This document shows, piece by piece, positions 45,913 to 54,594 of a stretch of 64,000 bases of DNA (its first letter is position 1; each line of letters starts with the position of its first letter). Source of the stretch: a virus; the IMG/VR virus record IMGVR_UViG_3300042549_004948, positions 64,001-128,000 of that record; one strand, written 5' to 3'. The notes beneath the pieces were generated by a model. It was not told where the DNA came from, searched no databases, and worked only from the letters and a program-made list of their open reading frames with translations. The position numbers were made by a program, and so were the translations under genes.

Positions 45913-46002
45913 TGTTAAAAGACTTAGCCTGGGGCAGAAAACGTAGGGATCTGTGCTAAATACTATTATCTATAATTATCTGTAAATTCAGATAATTTTT
46001 TG

Positions 46003-46445
46003 TGGACCTGGAGAGATTCGAACTCTCGTCTCCGATAGAGACAATAATACTAACGTATCACATGCTTAGTACTGCTTGCGCTGCACCGTACATCAGTTGT
46101 TTAATAGGTACAACTAATAAAACCTTGATAGCACGGCTTCGCCCCCTGTATACCGTGTCGTAGAATGCTTGAGGTACGCCTCAACGTAGCTAGGGAGCCA
46201 CTCATTCCCACAGTCCTTATTTAACGAGTTGATCGTGAATACTCGGAGTAGTTCTGTTCCTAGGTTACTCACCCGATGCGGACTAAGCTGCTACAGCTAG
46301 GTCGGCGCCTACGAAGTCCATAAGGTCTTCGAAGGTGAATGAAGATAATTCTTCAGCGTTTATTGTTTAGTATCTTCTAAGGCAGTATACTCAAATGCCT
46401 GCATGTAGTATTACCTCAACAACCGGATCAATTCCAGTCAGGCCC
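46003..46445 (-). ncRNA. ssrA: tmRNA
   Basis: GGGCCTG/CAGGTCC+A acceptor with G3-U70, T-arm GAGAG-TTCGAAT-CTCTC, AATAAAC-GCT resume context, tag ORF 46357-46283 ending LAVAA-stop. Confidence 0.95.
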
Positions 46446-46458
46446 ATAAGTTAAAGAA

Positions 46459-46695
46459 CTACACACTATATTCAGGAGTTGGTTGTTGCGCCCAATAAGC
46501 TTCTTCAAGCTCTAGAGTCCATCCGTCTTCTGCTTCTGAAAGTACTGCAAATCTATCATGCGAGAAAGATGTATATCCTTCTGGTACTTCTATTTCTTCT
46601 AGTAGATAATTACCGTTAGGAGTTAAAGCTGTAACTGTATACGTAGCTCCTTCTGTCAATAGACCTTCATGTCCTTTGATACACATAACTTGCAT
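46459..46695 (-). CDS. small SH3-like hypothetical protein
   Basis: Likely start MQVMCI; LTEG.TYTV...RF pattern. Confidence 0.65.
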   Translation of the reverse strand: MQVMCIKGHEGLLTEGATYTVTALTPNGNYLLEEIEVPEGYTSFSHDRFAVLSEAEDGWTLELEEAYWAQQPTPEYSV

Positions 46696-46775
46696 ATAAT
46701 AAGTATTTGATTTATTTGTAAAAAGGAGTTTCAACGGTATCCTTTCCGAGCGGTGCCCTCGACATCCCATGTAAA

Positions 46776-46928
46776 TTACTTAGCAGAAGCCGTATCTACA
46801 GCTTGAGCCGTAGTATCCACAGCTACAGTAGAATCTACAGTTGTAGAGTCAGTAGCAATTTGTTCAGCAGGGGCTCCACAAGCAGCAAACATAAGTGCGG
46901 CTGCGATAACGATCATTACTTTTTTCAT
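46776..46928 (-). CDS. 50-aa lipoprotein with D(S/T)x repeats (not in ORF track)
   Basis: MKKVMIVIAAALMFAA-C-GAPAEQIATDSTTVDSTVAVDTTAQAVDTASAK. Confidence 0.85.
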   Translation of the reverse strand: MKKVMIVIAAALMFAACGAPAEQIATDSTTVDSTVAVDTTAQAVDTASAK

Positions 46929-46952
46929 GTTCTATTTTGTTTTGTTATAAGG

Positions 46953-46999
46953 TAAATATAAGACAGATTTTTAAAACCATTATTATTTATCTTTATAGT
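46953..46999 (-). promoter_or_regulatory. bipartite promoter ACTnnAAAGAT-N28-TATATTTA
   Basis: Upstream of small lipoprotein / tmRNA block. Confidence 0.6.
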
Positions 47000-47001
47000 A
47001 C

Positions 47002-48240
47002 TTATAAATTTAACTTGCTTCCTATCATAAATGAATTAAGAATTGGCAATTCTTTATTTGTGCTGATTAATACTTTAAAGTTTACGTTTACTTTAAATTT
47101 TCTAGTTAATTTAAAATCAGTAGCAAATCCAGTTAAAAACATGAGGCTCCTATCTCTAAGTTCTGTTTTGTTAGTAAAAGAATAGCTATATGGAGAACTG
47201 ATCATAAATATATCCGGGATTATGATTTTTCTTTTAAACTGTATTGGACGCATAGCAAAACATATAATTGACGGGGCTAAGCTATATTGACCTGTATTTA
47301 ATAGTGTGCTGTTAAAACTAATATTATATCCAGTGATTAATTTATCGATAGGTTGCACATAGGTATATGCAGCAAACATCATATGATTTTTAAAATCTGT
47401 AAAGTATGTATTACTAAATGTGTGTACTGCTTCTAATTGACCTACGCTATTTGTTTCATTTTTACTATATCTAGCTCCAATTGCAATTTTACTAAGGTCC
47501 ATAAATATAGTTGATGATATACCCCAACTAGACATTCCAGTAAATGATGATTGAGAAATTCCTACATTCATAGTAGGTACTATATTTTTTTGTGGAGGTT
47601 GTTCTGCAAAAGATAAATCAGCAGATACTATAACAGGATTTATTGATTGAAGTTTTTCTTTTTTGCTATCTTTCTTTTCTTCTTTCTTTTCTTCTTGTTT
47701 TTGCTCTTCTTTTTTTTCTTCACTTTTAGATTCACTCTTACTTTCACTCTTACTTTCAGTTTTAGATTCAGAAGATGTACTTTTAGATTCAGAAGATGTT
47801 GAACTAGAAGATCCGCTAGAAGATGAACTTGTAGATGGAGAAGCAGAAGGACTAGAAACAGAGGCTGATGCGCTAGATGATGCTGAACTAGAAGCGGCGC
47901 TTGAGGCGGCTGAACTTGCAGCCGATGATGCAGCCGATGATGCAGCTTGAACTGCAGATTGTGTAACTACTTGAGCAGTTTGTTGATTAACAGGACATGG
48001 CTTAGAAAATATAGACTTTATCCATAAGTCTACTGAACCAGATCTAAAATCGTTTACTGTAAATATTTTGCTCTCACTTCTAATTACAATTAGAACTCCA
48101 ATATTTGTTAGTGGAAAAGATACTGTATAAATCTTATTATCACAAGGATCAACATAGACGTTTGTAATAGTTTGGCTTTTAGCATTACCGGCTAATAATA
48201 TTAAAACTAATATTGTTAAACTTGTAATCCATGTTTTCAC
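47002..48240 (-). CDS. exported protein with Ser/Glu/Lys low-complexity linker and probable C-terminal beta-barrel
   Basis: Signal peptide, two-Cys N-domain, (AASS)n/(ESKS)n linker, amphipathic strands ending IGSKLNL. Confidence 0.75.
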   Translation of the reverse strand: MKTWITSLTILVLILLAGNAKSQTITNVYVDPCDNKIYTVSFPLTNIGVLIVIRSESKIFTVNDFRSGSVDLWIKSIFSKPCPVNQQTAQVVTQSAVQAASSAASSAASSAASSAASSSASSSASASVSSPSASPSTSSSSSGSSSSTSSESKSTSSESKTESKSESKSESKSEEKKEEQKQEEKKEEKKDSKKEKLQSINPVIVSADLSFAEQPPQKNIVPTMNVGISQSSFTGMSSWGISSTIFMDLSKIAIGARYSKNETNSVGQLEAVHTFSNTYFTDFKNHMMFAAYTYVQPIDKLITGYNISFNSTLLNTGQYSLAPSIICFAMRPIQFKRKIIIPDIFMISSPYSYSFTNKTELRDRSLMFLTGFATDFKLTRKFKVNVNFKVLISTNKELPILNSFMIGSKLNL

Positions 48241-48244
48241 TTAA

Positions 48245-48973
48245 CTAGTTTTTGAATATTGCTTTTTTAATCATTCTATCTAATATATTTGCGCATGCTA
48301 TGTCTAAAGCTTTTTTAGTAGCAATAGAAATGGTAGATTGATTAAACTTAATAGGATCTATAGAATCATCTGAAAGTAATGTTAACTCTCTAGTAGTTTT
48401 TGCTTCGCCTAATCCTGATGCACCAAAGACTATCCCTGTTTCTGCATTAGTAAAACGTACTTGTAAACCAAGTCTAGTTACCATATTATCTTTAATCCCA
48501 TCTTTTAAATTAATAGTTTCGTCTTCTGATATAGAATAGTCATAAACTTCAATAGTTACGAAGTATTCAGCTAAGTTAATTTTACCTCTGCCATCTAATT
48601 TATTCTCACTAATACCAGCTTGAGAAGCCTGGAATTGTTTTACCATTCTATTTTTAATCTCAGTTTTATCTTCTGTAAATTTAAACCTATTTAAGTTTTC
48701 TAAATATTCCATAGAAATATTAGCAACTCCTAAACCAACTCTCTTTTCTTTAAGTTCAGGATACATTTCGTATATTTCGTCAGAAATACCGCATTTTAAT
48801 ATTTGAATTGGAATCTGAGGTCCTTCGTAATCAAGGTAGGCAGATATATCTTTCTTTTTTTCAAAATCTGCTTTAAACTCTTCTGTTTTTGTAGATCCTA
48901 TTACTTGACAGCGTGCTGTTTTATTTAGTAGAAATATGTTTAATAGACATAAAATCACTATAAAGTATTTCAT
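48245..48973 (-). CDS. CsgG/HfaB-like exported protein
   Basis: Signal peptide; GLGVANI..E.L....RF...E..., AEYFV...VYDY, RLGLQVRFTNAETG.V...SG.G.A, KKAL. Confidence 0.7.
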   Translation of the reverse strand: MKYFIVILCLLNIFLLNKTARCQVIGSTKTEEFKADFEKKKDISAYLDYEGPQIPIQILKCGISDEIYEMYPELKEKRVGLGVANISMEYLENLNRFKFTEDKTEIKNRMVKQFQASQAGISENKLDGRGKINLAEYFVTIEVYDYSISEDETINLKDGIKDNMVTRLGLQVRFTNAETGIVFGASGLGEAKTTRELTLLSDDSIDPIKFNQSTISIATKKALDIACANILDRMIKKAIFKN

Positions 48974-49002
48974 ATTACGTAGTTTTATCTACGTATAAAT
49001 AT

Positions 49003-49027
49003 AAAAAAAGGGAGTATTTAGCTCCCT
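49003..49027 (-). terminator. intrinsic terminator
   Basis: AGGGAGC-TAAAT-ACTCCCT then T-run, after lipoprotein gene. Confidence 0.7.
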
Positions 49028-49035
49028 AATATTTA

Positions 49036-50238
49036 TTAATGTCCCTTATTTGGGAATCTAGTCCATCCAACTGTCCAACCAGGTTTTGACAGTGTTTCCA
49101 TTTCGTTTTTAGTATAAGACACTTCTTTATTTCCTTGACTCAATGCTTTTGTTTTCATTTCTGATGCAATTATTACAGCAGATGTAGATCTAAAATTTTG
49201 TAATGGATCAAATGCTTGTACTTCGTTATTTTCAAACTTGCTGACTCCATCTTTATAAGCTTGAGCAGTTTCATTTGACTCTATACTAAAGCCGCCTTTC
49301 ATGTAACCTAGTATCTTGGAGTTAGTTATTGTGAATTGGGTGGCTCTCCTCCACCTCAATCCTAAGTTATGATTGGTTATTGAGTTAGCATCAAAAGGGC
49401 CTACCAGAATCATCCCAATTAGCTTTGGGTGAGTAAATGGCTGCGCGCTTGATCCTGTTCCATCATTATCGCATTCTACACCATTACCAGCATCTCCATT
49501 ATCTACAAATTGAGGATCGCGTTTTGATACTCCGTTTGTTACAGTTCCAGTATATCCAAAGTCAAAGTCGAAGTCATCGTCTGCTGTAGCATACGCATAT
49601 AAGTTCTTAGGTGATACTGTGCCTCCAAAAAATTCAAAGGCATCGTCGTTAGCGTAGATAGTTTGGACATTTTCGATTGTAGTACCTGATCCTACTGCAC
49701 CTAAAGTTAATCCATTGATTTCTGAGTTTGGTAGTGCAGCTATGCCTGCATATTCTATACGAATATACTTTAATATACCACTATTATCATTATCATTCAT
49801 ACCACCATAAGGTCTACCAATACCACCTTCAATAGTTGGTTCAGCCGATCTATTTGTTTTAGCGCGGCCTAGTATTACAATACCTCCCCAATCTCCAGGA
49901 GTTTTTTCTCCTTCAGGTTTTCCTGATGTAAACACGATAGGTTTTGATACGGTTCCTTCTGCAATTATTTGTGCGCCTCTTTCAATACATAGTGCACCTT
50001 TCTCAGCAATATCACTTATTATAGTAGTGCCAGGCTGAATGATTAATCTAGCACCATCAGTTACATACACGTATCCTTTGAGTGTCCATACTTTGTCTGA
50101 TGTTAAAGTAGTTGTAGTATTAATGTTACCACTCAATGTAGTTACAGAAGGTACGTTGATAGGTTGCGCGTCGCCGCCTAGTTCTTTAGTGCAACTGAAG
50201 ATACTGGTAGCAATTAGTAATAAGAAAAGCTTTTTCAT
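49036..50238 (-). CDS. beta-helix lipoprotein (TonB-receptor partner)
   Basis: Lipobox IFS-C; GDWGGIVILG, GG.NDNDNSGILKYIRIEYAG, DDAFEFFGG, DDDFDFDFG. Confidence 0.85.
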   Translation of the reverse strand: MKKLFLLLIATSIFSCTKELGGDAQPINVPSVTTLSGNINTTTTLTSDKVWTLKGYVYVTDGARLIIQPGTTIISDIAEKGALCIERGAQIIAEGTVSKPIVFTSGKPEGEKTPGDWGGIVILGRAKTNRSAEPTIEGGIGRPYGGMNDNDNSGILKYIRIEYAGIAALPNSEINGLTLGAVGSGTTIENVQTIYANDDAFEFFGGTVSPKNLYAYATADDDFDFDFGYTGTVTNGVSKRDPQFVDNGDAGNGVECDNDGTGSSAQPFTHPKLIGMILVGPFDANSITNHNLGLRWRRATQFTITNSKILGYMKGGFSIESNETAQAYKDGVSKFENNEVQAFDPLQNFRSTSAVIIASEMKTKALSQGNKEVSYTKNEMETLSKPGWTVGWTRFPNKGH

Positions 50239-52487
50239 AAGTTTACGTTTAGTGTTAATGAGACTGTTTGTTCATTGTTTATTTTTATTAAGTCGCCTCT
50301 ATTCTTTTGATAATATCTAGAAGGCTGAGCTAATACATCTGATATGGCTAATTTTATTTCAGCTTTCTTTATCTTTCTAAGATACACAATATCTACTACG
50401 TCTCTAGAATTTTCAAATATATCTGAATAACCTTGAAAACCTACTGCAGATATTCTATCTCCGACTCTATTGTATGTTACATTTAATGTGTTAGAGTTTT
50501 TGTGTAAATTTAATCCTCCATTGATAATATAATTAGACTGACCTTGTAGTTGTCTTTTAGATCCATTTACATTTACTTGTGATGTCATGATCGATGTATT
50601 AGCGTAGAAGTCCATCCAGCAAGTCATTTTCTTTCTTACTTCTATTTCTACACCATACAAATGTGCTTGATCTGGGTTCATATAAGTTAACAGTAAGTTT
50701 GAAGGAACAGATCCATCTGCTACGATTTGTTCGATAGGTTTTATGAATTGCTTACCAAATACTCCAATAGATATTGTTTCACCGGCTTTAGGATAGTATT
50801 CCCATTTTAGATCTATATTGTAAACATCAGACTTTTCTAATTTCGAGTTACCTAGTAGTTGTGCATTTCTAATAAAGTCATAGTAAGCAAAGTTAGCTAC
50901 TTCTCTAAATTCTGGTCTTGCTAAGGTTTTGCTTATAGAAAACCTCTTCTTAATTCTGTCTACTGTTTTTGATATATTTAATGAAGGTAAAAAGTCTAAA
51001 TACTTTCTGTCTACATTTACTTTTTGCCCACTAAAATCTGCTGTGTTAACTGTGAATACATTATACTCTGTTCTTAGGCCCGTGTTTAACTTCCAGTCTC
51101 CAAACTCTCTATCGTACATGATATAACCAGTCATCAAATCGAAATCAGCTTTATATCTGTCTGTGTTGTTTGTTATTTCGTTCATCAAGTCAGAAGCTTC
51201 GTATCTAAATACTCTTGCTTGAAACTGTCTAATCTTTTTTAAATAATTAGAACCTATCTTAATATTGTTAAATTGTTTGTTAACGCTTGCATTGAAACTA
51301 TTTTCATTCATTACACTCCAAAATCTGTAAGTATCTCTCCAAGCTATGGAATAGTTTTGATTTGTTCCTAATGATTTAGTAATAGGATTTACTCTATAAT
51401 CAGGTTGATCTCTCAACATTAAGTTATAACCTATATTAAAATCAACAGTCTTGATCTTAGTATCGAATTGAGAATTAAGAACAGTCTTTACTATTTTATT
51501 ACTCGATGTACTTCTAACGTCTTGAACGTTGTCGTAGTTCTCACCGAACCTGGTAAGATAGGATTGTTCTGTTTGATGATTGAATAAAGTTTTTAGACTA
51601 TATCTATACTTTCCTATGTAAGTAATATTCAAAAGAGAATTAACAGATTCTATTTGTGTGTAAGAAGTGTCTCTGTATTTGTACGCAAGCTCTGTAGAAG
51701 ATTGATAGTCTAATCTATCGATGTAATTTAAAGTGTGAGATCTCCTTCCTGTAGAACTCAATAAAGCATTCCATTTATTTTTATTAATTCCAAATGAAAG
51801 TGATCCATTATAATTAGGGCTAGATGTAAAACTTTTTGGTTCATAAGATTGAAGCATCTTTGTGTATGCTCTTCTATCTCCTAAACTACCGACTCTAAAG
51901 TTATACGTAGAAGGAAACGCGGAAGGGAATTTAGCTCCTTGTACTAACTTGAAGCCTTTCGAAGTTGAAACTAAACCCCAACCGGTTCCTAGAGAAATAT
52001 TTAAAAAACTATTAGATACATCTTTAGTTGTTATTTGAATTAATCCGCCAGAAAAATCTCCGGGTAGATTTGCTGCAGCAGACTTTGCTACAACTATATT
52101 GTCTATTAAGTTAGAAGGAACTATATCAAAAGAGAAAGCTCTTCTATCTGGTTCTGTTGATGGAAGCAGGGTTTTATTTAGTAAGGCTGAATTGTATCTA
52201 TCCGCTAGCCCTCTAACTAAAACGAATTTATCGTTTTGAATAGTAACTCCGTTAATTCTTTTTAAAGCATCACCTACAGTTCTATCAGGAGTCTTTTTTA
52301 TATACTCTATAGATATTCCGTCTGATACTACAGAACTATTTTTGATGGAGTTAATTACCGCTAAATTACTTTCTTTCTTGGCTACTGACTTTACTGTTAT
52401 CTCTCTTAAATTTTTATTGAAAACTGTATCTTGAGAGTATGCTAAAATAGGAAACAGCGAAACAAAAATAAAAAACGACTTAATCAT
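50235..52487 (-). CDS. TonB-dependent outer-membrane receptor
   Basis: Signal peptide, plug VRGLADRYN..LPSTEPDRRAFSFDIVP, barrel SKTLARPEFRE, DLKWEYYP, YGVEIE. Confidence 0.92.
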   Translation of the reverse strand: MIKSFFIFVSLFPILAYSQDTVFNKNLREITVKSVAKKESNLAVINSIKNSSVVSDGISIEYIKKTPDRTVGDALKRINGVTIQNDKFVLVRGLADRYNSALLNKTLLPSTEPDRRAFSFDIVPSNLIDNIVVAKSAAANLPGDFSGGLIQITTKDVSNSFLNISLGTGWGLVSTSKGFKLVQGAKFPSAFPSTYNFRVGSLGDRRAYTKMLQSYEPKSFTSSPNYNGSLSFGINKNKWNALLSSTGRRSHTLNYIDRLDYQSSTELAYKYRDTSYTQIESVNSLLNITYIGKYRYSLKTLFNHQTEQSYLTRFGENYDNVQDVRSTSSNKIVKTVLNSQFDTKIKTVDFNIGYNLMLRDQPDYRVNPITKSLGTNQNYSIAWRDTYRFWSVMNENSFNASVNKQFNNIKIGSNYLKKIRQFQARVFRYEASDLMNEITNNTDRYKADFDLMTGYIMYDREFGDWKLNTGLRTEYNVFTVNTADFSGQKVNVDRKYLDFLPSLNISKTVDRIKKRFSISKTLARPEFREVANFAYYDFIRNAQLLGNSKLEKSDVYNIDLKWEYYPKAGETISIGVFGKQFIKPIEQIVADGSVPSNLLLTYMNPDQAHLYGVEIEVRKKMTCWMDFYANTSIMTSQVNVNGSKRQLQGQSNYIINGGLNLHKNSNTLNVTYNRVGDRISAVGFQGYSDIFENSRDVVDIVYLRKIKKAEIKLAISDVLAQPSRYYQKNRGDLIKINNEQTVSLTLNVNL

Positions 52488-52595
52488 TATTAAGGATTGT
52501 TAGTACCTTTATAATTATTAAGCCGCTTTTTAGGTGGGCTATTTATTGTGTTATTAAATTATTAACTAATTTTAAAATTTTTATTAATTAACTTT

Positions 52596-52835
52596 TTACT
52601 CTCCACTTTTTTTATTTATAAATTTATCAACAGAAGCTATACCAAAGCAAGCGATTGTTAATATTTTAAATGAATCAAAAATAAACTCATTTATAAGTAG
52701 CGGTTTATTCATAGCTCCTGTTATGATGTCTGTAATAGCAAACATACACATCATTAAGAAAGCTGCGAATCCTATAACTGCTTTTTCATTGATAGAATTA
52801 CTATCATTGAAAAGATCGTGAAAAAATTTTTTCAT
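52596..52835 (-). CDS. small 2-TM membrane protein (holin-like)
   Basis: INEK..IGF..F, two hydrophobic segments, near endolysin. Confidence 0.6.
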   Translation of the reverse strand: MKKFFHDLFNDSNSINEKAVIGFAAFLMMCMFAITDIITGAMNKPLLINEFIFDSFKILTIACFGIASVDKFINKKSGE

Positions 52836-52875
52836 TTCAATAATTTTAATTTATTTAATATCGATAACTTTATTC

Positions 52876-53298
52876 TTACTCTTTTATTTTTCCGCATTTT
52901 AAACATTCCAAATCACCATCATTATCAAAATCTCCCCAAACGTGTTCACATTGTCTATGCGCGAAGTACTCATCAATTTTACCATCGCCATCGAAATCTA
53001 ATCCATCCATTACACCATCTCCATCTTCATCAATTTCAACGCACCCTCTTGCTTCGGCACTTACACCCACTTCTGCGGTTGCTGCAACAGATGTATCCGT
53101 TATCTCAACACCCACACTTGCGTGAGCCTCACCAGTAACCTCAACGGTTAATTCTACACCATCAACAGTAGTACTTACTGAAGATGAATCTTCAACACTC
53201 GCACCATCTTGTGGGTCTGCAGTGATTTGGCCACCACCAGTTTCAAATCCAATTTTTAGACCGTTATCTTCCTGTGCTTTTTTTACTTCTTCTGACAT
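52876..53298 (-). CDS. acidic protein with DxDxDG Ca-binding motifs and Cys/His tail
   Basis: DEDGDG, DFDGDG, DFDNDG; CEH...CLKC. Confidence 0.7.
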   Translation of the reverse strand: MSEEVKKAQEDNGLKIGFETGGGQITADPQDGASVEDSSSVSTTVDGVELTVEVTGEAHASVGVEITDTSVAATAEVGVSAEARGCVEIDEDGDGVMDGLDFDGDGKIDEYFAHRQCEHVWGDFDNDGDLECLKCGKIKE

Positions 53299-53313
53299 AT
53301 TTTTAATATTATA

Positions 53314-53622
53314 TTACCACAGCGGTTCTTTTTCTTTAAATTCGTCTCCTTCTTTTTTCTTAGGTTTAGCTGTAGCTTCTTTTACTGTTTCTTTTTCTTT
53401 AATAATAATAGTTTTCCCTCCAGCTGCTTGCTGCTGTTGTTGAGTATTGTTAATAATAATACTAGGTTGAGCTTGTACTGGTTGAGCGGTATCGTTTCCG
53501 CCACCAAACAATGTTGATCCTAACCAAGCCCCACCGGCTGTTACAACTGTAGCTAACGTACCTACAATAGTTTTTTTTAGCCCAGTCCAAGTTCCTTCTT
53601 GCTGATTTGTTTCTTCTGACAT
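53314..53622 (-). CDS. single-TM membrane protein with Gln/Lys-rich tail
   Basis: KKTIVGTLATVVTAGGAWLG TM segment; poly-Q; C-terminal PLW. Confidence 0.75.
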   Translation of the reverse strand: MSEETNQQEGTWTGLKKTIVGTLATVVTAGGAWLGSTLFGGGNDTAQPVQAQPSIIINNTQQQQQAAGGKTIIIKEKETVKEATAKPKKKEGDEFKEKEPLW

Positions 53623-53624
53623 AG

Positions 53625-54227
53625 TTAACTGTTTAAAAGGTTATAGTATTCTTTAAAATGTTTAATTCTATCTGGAAGTCCAATTGTACCTCCATTTACT
53701 CTTTTTGTTACTTTAGTAACTACTAAATCACTGGCTCCTTCATCTGCTATTTTATGTAAGCTATTTTTATAAAAGAACCACGCTGCAGAAGCTAAAGGAT
53801 ATTTTGTAGCTACTAAATCAGGATTTGCTACACAATCTTCTCCAATAGATTTTGAGAACGCAGTATAGTTATCTTTTCCTGTAAGTTGTATAAATCCTCT
53901 TCCTTTAAATTTAGATCCATCACCAGAAGTTTCAGAACCGTTACCCATTCTACTAGCGTATACTTTATTTGCTATTTTATCAGGCTGTCTTTGATATTGA
54001 TTAGCCACTGCTTCTGTAGGAAAATACTTCTTAAATATTCCCATCAAACCTTTACTAGAATAATTTAAATTTTCTTTCAAGAATTTAAATCCTCCTGATT
54101 CATGTCCGCACTGTGCTAAAAAGTGAGCGAGTCTAATTGGAGTATTTAATTCAAATTTAGCTATTGTGTCTGGTATTTGGGCTAGTACTTGATCTGGGAT
54201 ATGCCCTTTTAATTTTTGTATATTCAT
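53625..54227 (-). CDS. GH19 family endolysin (chitinase/lysozyme-like)
   Basis: AHFLAQCGHESGG, ENLNYS, RMGNG, KGRGFIQLTGK.NY, VTKRVNGG..GL.DR. Confidence 0.95.
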   Translation of the reverse strand: MNIQKLKGHIPDQVLAQIPDTIAKFELNTPIRLAHFLAQCGHESGGFKFLKENLNYSSKGLMGIFKKYFPTEAVANQYQRQPDKIANKVYASRMGNGSETSGDGSKFKGRGFIQLTGKDNYTAFSKSIGEDCVANPDLVATKYPLASAAWFFYKNSLHKIADEGASDLVVTKVTKRVNGGTIGLPDRIKHFKEYYNLLNS

Positions 54228-54233
54228 AAATTA

Positions 54234-54593
54234 TTACTTTTTGATTATTATATTTGTTTTATATTCAGTGCCTTGAATGTCTATAAGTATTAAATTATAG
54301 TCGCCATTTTTAAGATCAGAAAAATCTAACTTTTTTGTTACATTAGAACTTTCTGCAGTAAAACCTAATATTTTTAATTCTTTTCCAAGTAAATTTGTTA
54401 CCTGGAGTGAATACTTGGCGTTTGTAGTTAACGTCATGTCAACTACTATATTTGAGCCATTTGAAACAATTGGAGAAACTTTGTTAATAACAGATGCTTT
54501 GGGAATAGCACCTAATTCTATTTTTAGAGGCTCAATTTGTATTTTTGTGCATCCAACAAATATAAATATCAAGATGTATAGTAGCTTTTTCAT
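54234..54593 (-). CDS. lipoprotein consisting of a T9SS type-A CTD-like domain
   Basis: Lipobox VG-C; YSLQVTNLLGKEL...LDFSDLKNGDYNL.L...KTNIIIKK. Confidence 0.75.
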   Translation of the reverse strand: MKKLLYILIFIFVGCTKIQIEPLKIELGAIPKASVINKVSPIVSNGSNIVVDMTLTTNAKYSLQVTNLLGKELKILGFTAESSNVTKKLDFSDLKNGDYNLILIDIQGTEYKTNIIIKK

Positions 54594-54594
54594 A

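Noticed and set aside
47640-47950. Ser/Glu/Lys-rich tandem DNA repeats as a separate element
   Set aside because: Fully explained as the coding linker of 47002-48240
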